Shown: positions 44,387-56,199 of the stretch, one piece after another
Layout of the letters: every line of letters starts with the position of its first letter
Numbering within the stretch: position 1 is the first letter of the stretch
NCBI GenBank assembly: GCA_002811645.1
Contig: PDIP01000020.1
Coordinates: forward strand, 62,001-126,000
DNA: 64,000 bases
From: Corallochytrium limacisporum Hawaii
Taxonomy: Eukaryota; Protista; Pluriformea
Direction: 5' to 3'
Made by a program: the position numbers and the translations under genes
Notes under the pieces: model-generated
What the model was told of the DNA's origin: nothing
The model's database searches: none
Seen by the model: only the letters and a program-made list of their open reading frames with translations

Positions 44387-44405
44387 CCCCCCCCCCCCCG
44401 GGGGG
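44387..44405. repeat. C13-G6 palindromic homopolymer tract inside the gene desert
   Basis: Directly visible. Confidence 0.95.
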
Positions 44406-47400
44406 AGCCTACCCCGGCCCTCTCAGTCAAACTGACAAGAGGCTGGGCTTCCTCGGCTGGTTCTTGGCTACACTTCGCTGCAGTCACCAGAGCTAGGGGA
44501 GGTTTAGAAAAATCGTAGATACGAAGCTTAGGTGGTTGTTCAATAAGGAAGAAGTACGAGATCTAGGAAACCCCTCTGAAACCCTCCCTTGTCCCCCTCC
44601 CTCAATAAGTTTATTTCTGAAAACCCTAGGATCGGTCGCTTAGCGAAGAAACAAGTATTGCGCGAAAGACGTTCTTCCCGCATCTATCTCGCCAGCAGAG
44701 TTAGTCTCCTGTTAGTGGAGAAAGATAGAGTGCGCAAACCAATCCCTACCTTTAAGTGGCATTCTCTGCAAGCCAGTGAATTTAGTACATATTGTAGGAT
44801 GGAAATTTCACTCGTCGCCACAACAGAAGGCTTTCACGCAAAGTCGATGAGCCCGACCCCCTCACTTTCTTCTGTAGCGACGAAGTCGGTGGGCCCCTGT
44901 TTGGCAGTTGGGCTGTGCACTGGGAAGGATTTTGGTGGTTAGCTCAATACTTTCGGAAGAGGGGCGAAAACCGATTTCATTTTTTGCAACAAGCATGTAG
45001 TGCTCACTGTATGTGTCTGAATGGCAGTCCAATATCTCTCCAATCACCCACACAGAGAGTGTTCAGGATCCGAAACAATTGAGAAACCCACAGAGCTCAC
45101 GCACTCCACTGCATCAGTTGACATGCACCAGCATGTGCGGACTGAGTAGATGGTAGCAAATGGAAGAAACTTGTGCACTATACTATAACCACGGCACCTG
45201 GATAACCCAAATAACTACCAACAGTTTGGGTCAGTCCTGCTTGAGATTCACCGTCCAATGTGACTCCGGTCCTCCGACAATCTGAACAGACACTATGGTG
45301 TTGTTGCTGAGCGATCCTTTTTCTTCCAATCCCTTTCCCTTCCAGGTGGATGGGCATGGCCACAGTTCTGGGGTAGCCGCCACAGTTGCCTTGAGAAGCG
45401 CATGGCAAGCTCACCCACCACCGGATTCCTTCCACTTCATGTGCCCCACCTCTCGTTCTACGGAGCATCATCCAGCATCATCAAAATTGCAACGGTACTA
45501 GTGCTCTTGCTGCGATGGGATGTGCTTGCACTGGTGCGTCGTGGGTTGTTGGACTAGGAAACGGTCAAAAGGAAGAGACGACGATTGACCACGCAGGCAG
45601 GAAGTCAATGTGATCAAGTATGCAGGTTTTCTAACTTTTCTCCTCCTTTGTTTTCCCAAGGATTGGTGAAAATGCATCTACCAGCACCAGCGTTTCAACA
45701 TCCACTGCGAATGGGATACTAGTGGGCATTCGTACGACCTGAAAGAGGAAGACGAAGAAGACGACGATGAGCGAGTAAGAAATGGAAGTAGGGGACAAAG
45801 CTAGATAGACTATTGGAACAGAGATTGGGCCGACAAGAATAAGCAGAAACGGCTGTAACATTGGCGTCTGGTGATAGAGTTAAAAAAAGGGTGCGACCAC
45901 ATTTGAGATGATGATGTCCTTGGAATGTGTGTAGTCATTCATGCCAGACTTGCCCATAGTGCTTGGCAGCGGCAAGAATGAAGATAAGGACGTCCACGAT
46001 GGCATGCCACTTACCGAGATTGCAGCAGACACAATTTGAAGGCAACACAGGCTTCAGCGCGAGCGAGCTTGACGCGATCTCAAAAACCCAATCTTCCGTT
46101 CGAGGTCGGAGAAGCTGCGGAGAACAAGAGTCTCCTACCTAACTCTGTGGTATGCCTACCATTTCATTGTACGAATCGCATTTCTACCTCGAATGCACAA
46201 ATGTTAGTATACATGTGCCTGTGCTTCTGATTCTGGCACATCATTTGCTGCAAACCCAACAAGAAGTGAACACTTCATCAGGCCACGGCCACTACATACA
46301 GACAAGATCTGATATCCTGCCACTTTCACCATTGGTGAGCATGACTGAACCAACAACCTGATCTTACGATCTGGGGCAAAAACCTCTGTCGAAGGGAAAC
46401 AGAGTGCATGCGCAGCAACTCCGAATGTTTCTCTCTATCTTGTGTGTCCTCGCGCTGTGTTTGTCGCTCATCCTGCGGTCTTCACCACTCCTTAATAAAA
46501 CACATTCGACATGGAAAGATGACCATTTGAAGACGACTGTTGTAGGAAAGGACTAACGATATCTCCATGGTCAAGCCATCTTTCAAAAGACCACCGAGGT
46601 CTCCTTATTCGGGGTTACGATACAATGGCACGTCCTGTGTCGTGGGCTTCCTAACATCTGGTACAAGCATGCTCCGATCGCCTTCCCCAATTTAGCCCTA
46701 GTATGACTGATATTTGCTCTCTTGAGTACGATGCGAGGTGTTGACTGCTCCAGCTGGTACATTGATCAATCAGCGCAGCAAGAACATCATCCACAGTATC
46801 GATGTGCGTAACGATCCACGACTGCCTGCTTATTGTTTGTTCATCTTTGTGCGCTACGTTCGTAGATTACTTCGTCCCGTTTGGATCCGGTTGCTTTGGT
46901 GCTTGTGCGCGTGCAAGCAAGGGACAGATCCGACCTCTCTTGAACTTCGTGGCTCTAAAGGAGGACTCGGACGCGGTGCTGCTGCTGCCTCTTCGCTGCA
47001 GATGTGTCAGCCCACGTATCAAGAATAACGAGATCTACCCAAAATTTTATTACACCATTGGCCTGCTTTACCATGAAACTAGCATCTGACTCGCATGCTG
47101 TCCTCCAATACAGTTGTAGATGGAAGTCACATACCATGCTGTCGTTTGCCTCCCCGCTCAAGAGTTGGGCCTGGTGGATACTGTCGTAATGTGAACATCC
47201 TGTTCGAAAATGAAGTGCTCCCACTCGTCGAGTGAATCCAGATCTGGCATGATGCAACCAAAATGAGTCCGAGAAGCGACCACAACCCGAAGACAGCTGC
47301 TCGACCAGGGTGAACAAGGTGGTCGGTGTGGAATCGGTACGTTGTGTGGGGGTCCAAAATCGATCGATTTCTCTATCTTTGCTCAAGCCCATTTCTCTCT

Positions 47401-48748
47401 ATGCATCGACACGTGGACATATACTGCCATGGTATCCAGAGCCCAATGCCTCTCCCATACACAGGCCCTTTTGCACTTTGGCTAAGTAGTGTGCACTTTC
47501 ATGTCATCTCCCTGACTTGGAGTGCGTTTGCACAACGAACGCTTTCATGTTGGCATTCTTTGCCCAGCACACAGGGCAGTCATACCCTATGGGCTGTTCT
47601 TCGTGCACACAAAGCGCACGGTTTGACTCTTAGAAAGCGATTGCAGTCTCCATAACTGAAAGCACATGCTCACGGATGCACTTCAGTTGATGAGCCTCTC
47701 GGGCAAAGTTCTTGAATCAGTACTTTGTGATTACTTTCATGATTTATATTGATCTAATCTGAAATCCGTACATACACGAAATCGATTACGAAAGTACTCA
47801 CTTGTATGGTTGATTTAGATGGTAGCACGAAGGCCAGGTTGGAGGGCATTTCGCGGGGAGGGTTAAATATACAAAATTTGCAGACCCATCTCCACAGTTA
47901 TCCTTGGCACCAATGCGAAATGGGCCATTTTGCGGCCTAGATTTCAATCTCCAAATCTTGCAGCAGGCAAATGCCTGGGTGTACCAGCGGGACTGTAAGG
48001 GAGGGGGGAGAGGGGGACGAAAATGGCCCCAAGCCATTTACTACGAAGCTAGTGGGCTTTTTGTCCGGTAGTGAATGTTCTGGTTGGTGGGGTTCGATGA
48101 ATGGATTGCAAGACGAACGGGTGATCGTGGGGCTGTGCCAACTGCGGGTCTCGCAACGATAGAGAGCGCTGAAACGAGCGAGGTTGGATTTCCATTCGCT
48201 GGCTGCTGTTTTGGTTTCTCCAAAACTAACACGAGTAGGGAAGAAGCATTTTCTGGAGGTTCCGTTGGCGGCTGGGTATCGCTCGAACCTTCTCCGCAGG
48301 AGCCGGCACGGAGTGTTTTATTTGGGGTTCACTGGAGGGTCGACTATCTGACGGGGCTTGGGTGCTGTCGTCGTCATTTTTTCAGGGGCTTATTGTTTTT
48401 TCTTGAACAGCAAATATGAGTTTGGTTTATGTGGCACTCTTGTTTGTAGATGTGGCAGTATCGCTCTTACGGATCATGTATTACTCACTGCGATCATTAA
48501 GTTCACTATGGCTTTGTTTGGGGTCCTGACGTGGCGTGTAGACAATTCGAAGAGGTATAAGGGTACTTCATACCGAAATCTGGCTTAACCAGAACAATGG
48601 ATATGGATCAATACGTTGTAAAGAAAGATTCAGACACACTAGTAATCGTAGAGGCGCTGTCCAAATCTGGAGAGAGTGGGATGGTTCAAGAAATGTAGAT
48701 AGTTTTCGTACACGAAATCCGAGATTAGCTTCAAAGAACGTCATAACC

Positions 48749-50095
48749 ATGCCAGTGTCAGAAGAGGACGTGCAAACGTTCTCAACAATCACTGGTATTG
48801 AGGACATGGCTGACTGCAGACAGAAAGTAGAGGCTTGGGGATCTTTGGAAGCTGCTTTAGATGGACATTTTCGTGGTGCGAGCCCACCGACAGCGGCTCA
48901 GCGGGACACGCAGGGTGCGGGGTCAGGCCTGCGGCGGCGCAATGTTGGAACAGGAAGAGCAGGCGGGGCCGGGGACAATGGTTATGGTGCTGGAGCAGGA
49001 GGTGCCGCCCAGTACGGCCCAAACACTGTTCCCAGCGGACCCTTGGGTGTTATCATGGCTCTGGCGATTTTCCCTCTGCGTATTATGCTTGGTGTCCTAG
49101 CCACTGTATTGGGCCCGATAATTAGGTTCCTCCCGGGCCTGAATTCTCTGGTCGAGAACCTAAACGCGCCACCACCGCCTGCAGAGGAACAGATTAGAAT
49201 GTTTATTCGGGCATTTGTTGACCGGTATGGCAATGACCATCCGACATTCCTCCAGTGCTCCTACGACCGCGCCGTGGAGCGGGCAAAAACTGACCTGAAG
49301 TTTCTGTTGGTTTACCTGCACTCTCCGGAGCACACAGATACGGACCGGTTTTGCCAAGAGGTGTTGACATCAGAGCCCATCATTGACTATGTAGACGGCA
49401 ATTTTCTCTGCTGGGCCGCGAGCATTGACAGCGTGCAGGGTAGCTACGCAGCTCATTCGAAGCTGCACGCTGTTACCTACCCGTCGATGTTTGTGCTGCT
49501 CTTTAAAAATGGTCGGATGACCGTAGTGCGACGCATTGAAGGTTCTGGCTTGGCTACTATTGAGAGCTTACTAGGGTCTTTGGCGCAGACAATAAGCGAT
49601 AACGAGCGGGAGCTGGACCGTCAGCGCCGAGACCGGGAAGAGCGAGAGGTGACGGCCCAGCTCCGCCAGGAGCAAGACGCCGAGTTCTTGGAGGCTTTGC
49701 GCCAGGATCAGGAGAAGGAGAAGCAGCGCCAGGAAGAAGAGCGCCTGAAGCGTGAGGCGGAGGAGGCGGAGCAGCGTCGCCTGAAGGAACTTGAGGAAAT
49801 GCGTGCTCAGAAAGGACAGTCCCTGCCCGACGAACCCGCTGAGGACAGTCCAGGGGTGATTAAGATTTTGGTTCGTCTGCCACAAGGAGGACGCTTGACG
49901 CGACGATTCCTACCTGAAAATACTTTACAGCAAGTGCACGATTGGGTACATTCCAAGGAACCAGGAACGGACGATTTTCATCTCTGCACAAACTTTCCGA
50001 AGAAGATTTATACTGACGAGGAGCACACTGTGCCCATTGGAGATTTGGGCCTAAGCGGCAATGTTATGTTGCTTTTACAGGACAACGAAGCCTAG
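48749..50095 (+). CDS. FAF2: FAF2/UBXD8/Ubx2-type UBX-domain p97 adaptor
   Basis: N-terminal UBA-like segment, hydrophobic hairpin, UAS domain (KFLLVYLHSPEHTDTDRFCQEVL), coiled coil (LRQEQDAEFLEALRQDQEK), UBX domain (RLPQGGRLTRRF...TNFPKK). Confidence 0.92.
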   Translation: MPVSEEDVQTFSTITGIEDMADCRQKVEAWGSLEAALDGHFRGASPPTAAQRDTQGAGSGLRRRNVGTGRAGGAGDNGYGAGAGGAAQYGPNTVPSGPLGVIMALAIFPLRIMLGVLATVLGPIIRFLPGLNSLVENLNAPPPPAEEQIRMFIRAFVDRYGNDHPTFLQCSYDRAVERAKTDLKFLLVYLHSPEHTDTDRFCQEVLTSEPIIDYVDGNFLCWAASIDSVQGSYAAHSKLHAVTYPSMFVLLFKNGRMTVVRRIEGSGLATIESLLGSLAQTISDNERELDRQRRDREEREVTAQLRQEQDAEFLEALRQDQEKEKQRQEEERLKREAEEAEQRRLKELEEMRAQKGQSLPDEPAEDSPGVIKILVRLPQGGRLTRRFLPENTLQQVHDWVHSKEPGTDDFHLCTNFPKKIYTDEEHTVPIGDLGLSGNVMLLLQDNEA

Positions 50096-50503
50096 CGGGA
50101 GTAGAGCGATCTACAGTGTAATTCAAAGAGACAAGATACCTGCCTACTTTTCCCTTTCCACTACGCAGGCCCTTCCGAGTAGCAGTGTGAACACCAAGGA
50201 ACCTGATCGTTGTGGCAGCATTTGCAAACTAATGTTTGCTGGCCTAATACACCCAAATTTCGTAGTCCGTATATAAAAATTCCCTAGTTTGAAAAAAAAG
50301 ACTCCAAGAACACGAACGTGTTCTTAGATTTTATTTGCCACGGATTCAAAATCTATTTGTCACTCAGATCCGCCGGAGGAACTTGAATCGGATACTAAAT
50401 GTATTTGCACTGAACTCCTCGCGTTGCAAGAAAGGCCGGAAAGTAACCGCAAAAATGTTTGTTGGATCCGGTGAACAAGCTGTTTCTCTCCATTTGCTCT
50501 GAG

Positions 50504-50545
50504 GCAAACTTGTCGATGGGTCTATGAGCAAACTTGTCGATGGGT
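50504..50545. repeat. 18-bp direct repeat GCAAACTTGTCGATGGGT x2 with 6-nt spacer
   Basis: 50504-50521 and 50528-50545 are identical. Confidence 0.9.
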
Positions 50546-51747
50546 TTTCTTCAGTACATTGAATACTGAAATTGGCCATGAGCCGGTGCTAGAAGTGCCT
50601 GGCAACCCCTGCAAAATCTAGAACGACCGATCAATTTTTTGTAGCAGCGGCGACCCGAGCGCACCACCGTCGCGCGAACAGTTTGGGACCTAGCTGATGT
50701 GCCATTTCGGTACTGAACATATGAAAAACACCGGGAACTTTTGCACGTGGATCGTTGAGTTCGCATGGGCGCGTGGAAAGCAGTGGTAAGGAACAGTCCG
50801 GATACCCGCCGGCATGACAAGAACGATACATTTCAGAATTCGCCTTGAAAGTGCTTCGCGATCGGGAGACTGGTGGGTGCCGTGTACCCGGTTCTTCTTT
50901 CCTTGCAGCTCCATTCTCCCATTTCCGGCGAATTACTTCGGGGTTTGTTTGAGGTTTATCTTCTTTTGTCCTCCCTGTCCCCCACTTTTGTAACACCCCC
51001 TTCTCCCCCCCCCCTGCGCCCCTTTTTTTTTCTCTTTTTTTTTCCTTTTTTTCTATTTTGTGGACCCTGTCGGTTTTCGGACCTTGCTGCACCAACTTTG
51101 TCTTCCTTGTTTTATATTACAATTTTTTTGGGCGCCAAAGGTGGGGGAGTCGTGGAGGTGGAGAAAGGGGGAAGAGAGAGGGAGAGAGCGAGGGTGACAG
51201 AGGGAAAAAAAAAATTGCCCCAGTGCGAAAGTGCCGCCAATTGCAGCGCTGCGCCCGCCAACAAGGGGGGTTTCCGGTGCAGAAGGGGGCTTCCCAGGTC
51301 CCTCGGGAAACAAAGGGTGAGACCGAACGCCTCCCTCGCACTGCAACGCGGGGTACGCGGCCAGCACGCCTTCCCACTCTATTGGCCTCAACTAAGGTGT
51401 GGTTCCCTTGTTTTTTTTTTCTTTCTCTGAGTGGCTGGAGGCCGTCCGCCAGTTCTCTCTCTTCTTCACAAGATTTAGTGTGGCGTTTTGACAAAAGTTG
51501 CGTGCACAGCCCCGCTGGGCATGCGAGGAAGAGGCACACACTTGGCAGGCAGCAGCCTCGCCTTTTGGCGGAAAAGAAGTGTACGCACTCTGTGGAGACG
51601 GTGTGCTCCAATGGGAAACAGAGGCCTATGAACGTGCCTCAATTATCCACCAAATGATAATATGATGGTGGGCTATTTCAAGCAAACAGGCTGTCTTTAC
51701 CAAAACCTATTTGGGAATCAATTAGTTTGGAATCGGTGTGACTCCAA

Positions 51748-54468
51748 ATGATCCTCGGAGGTAGTACTGACTTGTTCATAGACAAAAATAACGAGAATGA
51801 AGTAGACAGTACTGGGAAGAACGGCGTCACAAATATGGCGGAACTGGCGCACCGCAAACGTGTTATCGAGTCCGATAGTGAGGACGATATTCCTCTGGCT
51901 GCGCTTAAGAAGCCAAAGCAGGAGCCCCTATCTGAGTCTACAAAGATTTCCTCCTTCTCGTCATCAAACGGAAACGGCACTGCACCTAACTTAGGAGTAG
52001 CCACATCTTCCAAAGTGCATTCACAACCTCTGTCGTTACCAACCTTCTTGAATGACGAAGAGAAACCGGCTTCTGTCGCTCCCGTTGTAGCATCCGTACA
52101 GCCTGTAGTACCGAAAGTGGAACCTAAGGCTGAAGACTCTTCACAAGATGAGTTGCCTTTAGCTTCCTTGACGAAAAAGGAGGTGAAAACAAGCGAAACG
52201 GACACCGCTAGACTGAAGAAGGAGCCTGCGATGCCCAAGACCGGGACGGTGGTGCCTAAAACAGAGACTCCTGTCAAGCCGGCAACCAAGCCATTCGCAA
52301 CCACAACAAAGCCATCTGCCGGGGACTCAAGTGACGACGATGATTTGCCACTGGCTGCTCTGGCCAAGAAACCAGAAGTCACTGAGCCATCGCAGGCGAT
52401 GAAGAATGGGACAATCAAGACGGAGGGTGCAATGCAAACAGTTCTTAAGGGTGAGTCAGATTCCGATGATGAGCCACTTGCAGTGGTAGCAGCCAAGAGT
52501 CAGTCACAGGGCGATGCTATGGACGAAGATTCAGACTCTGATTCGGAAAGTATGCCTTTGGCCATGGTAGTACAGCGAGAGAAGGATCTCGATGAGATTT
52601 CAAGCAAGGTGGTAATGAAAAAGAAGGACAAGGCCAAAAGAAAGGCTCAGGTTGCTGCCAGCGTGGAAAGCATGTCCGCTACCACTGCTGTCTCAACGCA
52701 ATCGAATCGGAAGCTGACCATGGAAGAGAAACGAGAGCTACGTCGACAGCAGGAGGCTCAAGAAGTTGTGCAGTGGTGGGATACTTCAAACAAACCAAAG
52801 CTTAAAGCAGGAGAGCGGTGGAAGACACTTCAATGGAATGGCATCGTCTTTGCGCCTCCGTATGAAGCGTATCCCGAGAGTGTCAAGTTCAAATATGCTG
52901 GGGAGAGAATATCACTCAGCCTTCAGGCTGAGGAAGTGGCTTCCTTCTTTGCGGCCATGGCTAACACCGACTATGCTGGTAAGCCTGTGTTCATTAAGAA
53001 CTTCATGAAGGATTGGCGCAAGTTCATGACCAAAGAAGAACGCGCCAAGATCACAAACTTTAAGGACTGTGACTTCACGGAAATGGTCCGTCATGAGGAG
53101 AAAAAGCGTGAATTGAAGAAGGCAATGACCAAGGAAGAGAAAGAAAAGATCAAGAAGCAGAATGAAGAACTGATAGATAAGTACGGCTACTGTATGGTCG
53201 ACGGTACACGCGAACGCATTGGCAACTTCCGTGTGGAACCGCCCGGTCTTTTCCGTGGCCGTGGCAGTCATCCCAAGATGGGTCGCGTCAAGAAACGTGT
53301 GCATCCAGAGTCTGTCACCGTGAACACCGGTCGAGGCGTACCGGCACCGCAGGCTCCAGAGGGACATCGCTGGAAGAAGGTTCTCACCGACCGCACAGTG
53401 ACTTGGCTGGCAACCTGGAAGGAGAACATCATGGGGGCACAAAAATATGTCATGCTGAATGCTGCAAGCCGATTCAAGGGTGAAAGTGACTTGAAGAAGT
53501 ATGAAAAGGCTAGGAAGCTCAAGAAACACATCAACAAAATTCGTCGCAGGTATCGTCGGGATTGGAAGGACAAGATGATGTACGAGCGCCAGCGTGGTAC
53601 GTGCTTATACTTCATTGATATTCTCGCCCTTCGTGTTGGTAATGAGAAAGACACAGATCAAGAGGCCGATACCGTCGGTTGTACTTCTCTGCGTATTGAG
53701 CACATAGAATTGCATCCGCGAGAGACTCCGGAAGGTAAAGATCATGTGACCTTTGATTTTCTCGGAAAAGATTCCATCCAGTATCGCAATACGGTGGAGG
53801 TCGATGAACAGGTGTTCAAGAATCTGAAGATTTTCACAAAGAACAAGAAACCAGCTGACATGCTATTTGATAGGGTCGATGGCGCGAATCTGAACAAGTA
53901 TCTACAGGAGCAGATGAAGGGCTTGAGTGCCAAGGTGTTCCGTACCTACAACGCATCGCACACCCTCCAGGAACAGCTGAAGGATACGCCGGAGAAGGCC
54001 AATGAACACGAAAAGATTCTGGCATACAACCGTGCTAATCGCCAAGTTGCCATTCTGTGTAATCATCAGCGCGCAGTGCCCAAGACTCATGACCAGAGTA
54101 TGGGCCGACTTGAGCAGAAGATCAAGGACAAGAGGAAACAAAAACGTGAAACAAAGAAGAAGCTTAATGAATTGCTGAAGGAACTGAAGGAGGCAGGCAA
54201 GGATACCAAGAACGCGGCCAAGGTGAAGACCCTTCGCAAGCGTCTCAAAACTATGGATGAGCAGCTGAAGAAGCTTCAAATCCAGAAGGTTGACAAGGAC
54301 GAGAACAAGACCATTGCACTGGGAACATCGAAGTTGAATTACTGCGATCCTCGTATCACTGTTGCCTGGTGCAAAAGGTACAATGTTCCCATCGAGAAGG
54401 TCTACAACAAGACTCAGCGTCAAAAGTTCATGTGGTCATTTGCCACTGAACCTGAGTGGGAATTCTAA
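51748..54468 (+). CDS. TOP1: DNA topoisomerase I (type IB)
   Basis: EPPGLFRGRG, LALRVGNEKD, DFLGKDSI, AKVFRTYNAS, AILCNHQR and catalytic SKLNYCDPRI. Alternative start at ATG 51835. Confidence 0.97.
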   Translation: MILGGSTDLFIDKNNENEVDSTGKNGVTNMAELAHRKRVIESDSEDDIPLAALKKPKQEPLSESTKISSFSSSNGNGTAPNLGVATSSKVHSQPLSLPTFLNDEEKPASVAPVVASVQPVVPKVEPKAEDSSQDELPLASLTKKEVKTSETDTARLKKEPAMPKTGTVVPKTETPVKPATKPFATTTKPSAGDSSDDDDLPLAALAKKPEVTEPSQAMKNGTIKTEGAMQTVLKGESDSDDEPLAVVAAKSQSQGDAMDEDSDSDSESMPLAMVVQREKDLDEISSKVVMKKKDKAKRKAQVAASVESMSATTAVSTQSNRKLTMEEKRELRRQQEAQEVVQWWDTSNKPKLKAGERWKTLQWNGIVFAPPYEAYPESVKFKYAGERISLSLQAEEVASFFAAMANTDYAGKPVFIKNFMKDWRKFMTKEERAKITNFKDCDFTEMVRHEEKKRELKKAMTKEEKEKIKKQNEELIDKYGYCMVDGTRERIGNFRVEPPGLFRGRGSHPKMGRVKKRVHPESVTVNTGRGVPAPQAPEGHRWKKVLTDRTVTWLATWKENIMGAQKYVMLNAASRFKGESDLKKYEKARKLKKHINKIRRRYRRDWKDKMMYERQRGTCLYFIDILALRVGNEKDTDQEADTVGCTSLRIEHIELHPRETPEGKDHVTFDFLGKDSIQYRNTVEVDEQVFKNLKIFTKNKKPADMLFDRVDGANLNKYLQEQMKGLSAKVFRTYNASHTLQEQLKDTPEKANEHEKILAYNRANRQVAILCNHQRAVPKTHDQSMGRLEQKIKDKRKQKRETKKKLNELLKELKEAGKDTKNAAKVKTLRKRLKTMDEQLKKLQIQKVDKDENKTIALGTSKLNYCDPRITVAWCKRYNVPIEKVYNKTQRQKFMWSFATEPEWEF

Positions 54469-54548
54469 ATGGATCAGATGAAGTGCTTTGAATACAAGTC
54501 TTAATTTCCTCTATATCTGTTTTTGTAAATATGTGCCTTTCCGTACCC

Positions 54549-55223
54549 TCATCGCATGAAGCGCTGGTCTATCTTGGCTAGTTTGACAACAGGCCTGAGT
54601 ACGGTCGCATAGTTCCATAAAATCTTCTCCGTGTCCTCTAAGCTTTCCGATGAAGACTGGCTGTACAATTCTACCAGGTAGTACCCATCGCTGATCTTCT
54701 CAAAGGCTGGTTTCCCGCCTTCCATCTTCATGCGCTCGATAGAGAAGATGCTGCACTCAACTTGTCCCTTCAAGGAAAAAACCCAACCAGTCTTTCGCAC
54801 GCTGTAGACAGGTTTTGCTCCTAGACTTGCAAGGTACTCTGGGGTAGGCCCGTTGGTCTCCATTGAGATAAAGGTTCTCACTGTTACCAGCGAACGCTGA
54901 GAAGCTGCTCCAGCTTGTCCGATGTACGTCAGAGCCCACTGTGTCGTGTCATTAGGACTAGCAGGGACACCTGGTTTATAAGGTCGAGTCTGACGGAAGA
55001 TCATAACTCCATTGCTGAGTCCCTTTAATTGAAAACTTGTTTCACGCATTCGAACTGTTTGTGGGTTTTCATGGCCTCCAAGGGCACACATTTCTTTAAC
55101 CAATTGCTCAACCTTCGCACCTGTCACACCGCCTTGCAACAGGCATTGAAATCCACCTCCACCAAGAGCGAAAGAGTTGAGGCCTTCATGCCCGGAGACT
55201 GGACCTCCTAATGTGCCAGCCAT
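54549..55223 (-). CDS. MED18: Mediator of RNA polymerase II transcription subunit 18
   Basis: CLLQGGV, WALTYIGQ, YLVEL and LRPVVKLAKIDQR match recalled MED18 (YLLQGSV, WHLRYLGQ, YLVEL, LKPLVHLEKIDPK); 224 aa. Confidence 0.85.
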   Translation of the reverse strand: MAGTLGGPVSGHEGLNSFALGGGGFQCLLQGGVTGAKVEQLVKEMCALGGHENPQTVRMRETSFQLKGLSNGVMIFRQTRPYKPGVPASPNDTTQWALTYIGQAGAASQRSLVTVRTFISMETNGPTPEYLASLGAKPVYSVRKTGWVFSLKGQVECSIFSIERMKMEGGKPAFEKISDGYYLVELYSQSSSESLEDTEKILWNYATVLRPVVKLAKIDQRFMR

Positions 55224-56199
55224 TCTATCAAGTACGTGCTGGCTCTTTTCTGAGGCTGTCTACATTTGTCATGCCTTCGTCACTGTCGCGAGATTGCTCG
55301 ACACAAGTATCTTCCTTCTCCTCTGTATTTGGTGCCCTTTATCTACGTTCTTCCGCAGTACGTGAAGTGTTAAGTGTTACATGCACTGTTACACTAACCA
55401 AACCACTGCGTTACGGTTCTGCGCGCCAACGTACACCACACCAACCCCCCCCTATCGAGGAGATGTTTGAATCTGATATTCGCTGATTCAATACAATGTT
55501 GTTCTCCCGAACCGCTTCTCAGCAAAACCATTATTTAACCTCTGGTCACTCGTAGTGAACGCTGTGCACAAATACATTGGACGGGCACTCCACCAAGCGA
55601 GCTACCCTGTTGGGTTGAATGTTTTGCCATGCCCCCCTCCGTTGGTGTTTCTTTTTTCCCCAAGTCTCTTTCCTCAGTTCATTCGCTATGAACAGGGCCG
55701 GAACAGCCAATCACGAGCCAATGCCTTCCCCGCAAACCCATCGAAGAGGAGGCGGGTTCCATAGTGAACCTACCAGAGCACAGGACCTTCGGTACTGAAA
55801 GCATTGACGGAGTCTGGTTGGTGTTTCTCATTTGAGGCGATTTGTTTTTTGTTTTTGCACAGCCGCCAGCCACAGGGAGGGGGTAGAGTGGGCGCGTATA
55901 TTGAGGGTATGCCGTGGTGACGAGCGGGGCCTTGTGAAAGAGTACGGACCAGCACACGGTGGGCGTGTTGCCTGATCCGAAAGAGAACTCCAGTTTTTGT
56001 TGCACAACATGGGGAATCTGCTTATGATTTAGAGTGATCATTAACCCGGGCTTGTATTTCAAAGATTTCATATGACTATCTGCATACATGGCCTGATACA
56101 ACCCACGGAGATCTGCGGGAATATTGATAACCGGGATCAACAACCAACGACAGGAGTTTCGGTTTGAATAGTAGTTTTCATATATAGAGCCAGGGAACA

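Larger units (their letters stand above)
28939..48748. other. Gene desert of about 20 kb with decayed coding-like relics
   Basis: No N-free ORF above about 160 aa in the track and none with a recognisable domain. Several stop-interrupted protein-like frames. Confidence 0.7.

Noticed and set aside
28939-48748. Endogenous giant virus, Polinton or retrotransposon cluster as the origin of the desert
   Set aside because: No RT, integrase, transposase, capsid or polymerase motif and no LTR/TIR pair could be recognised by eye. A highly decayed element cannot be excluded without an HMM search.
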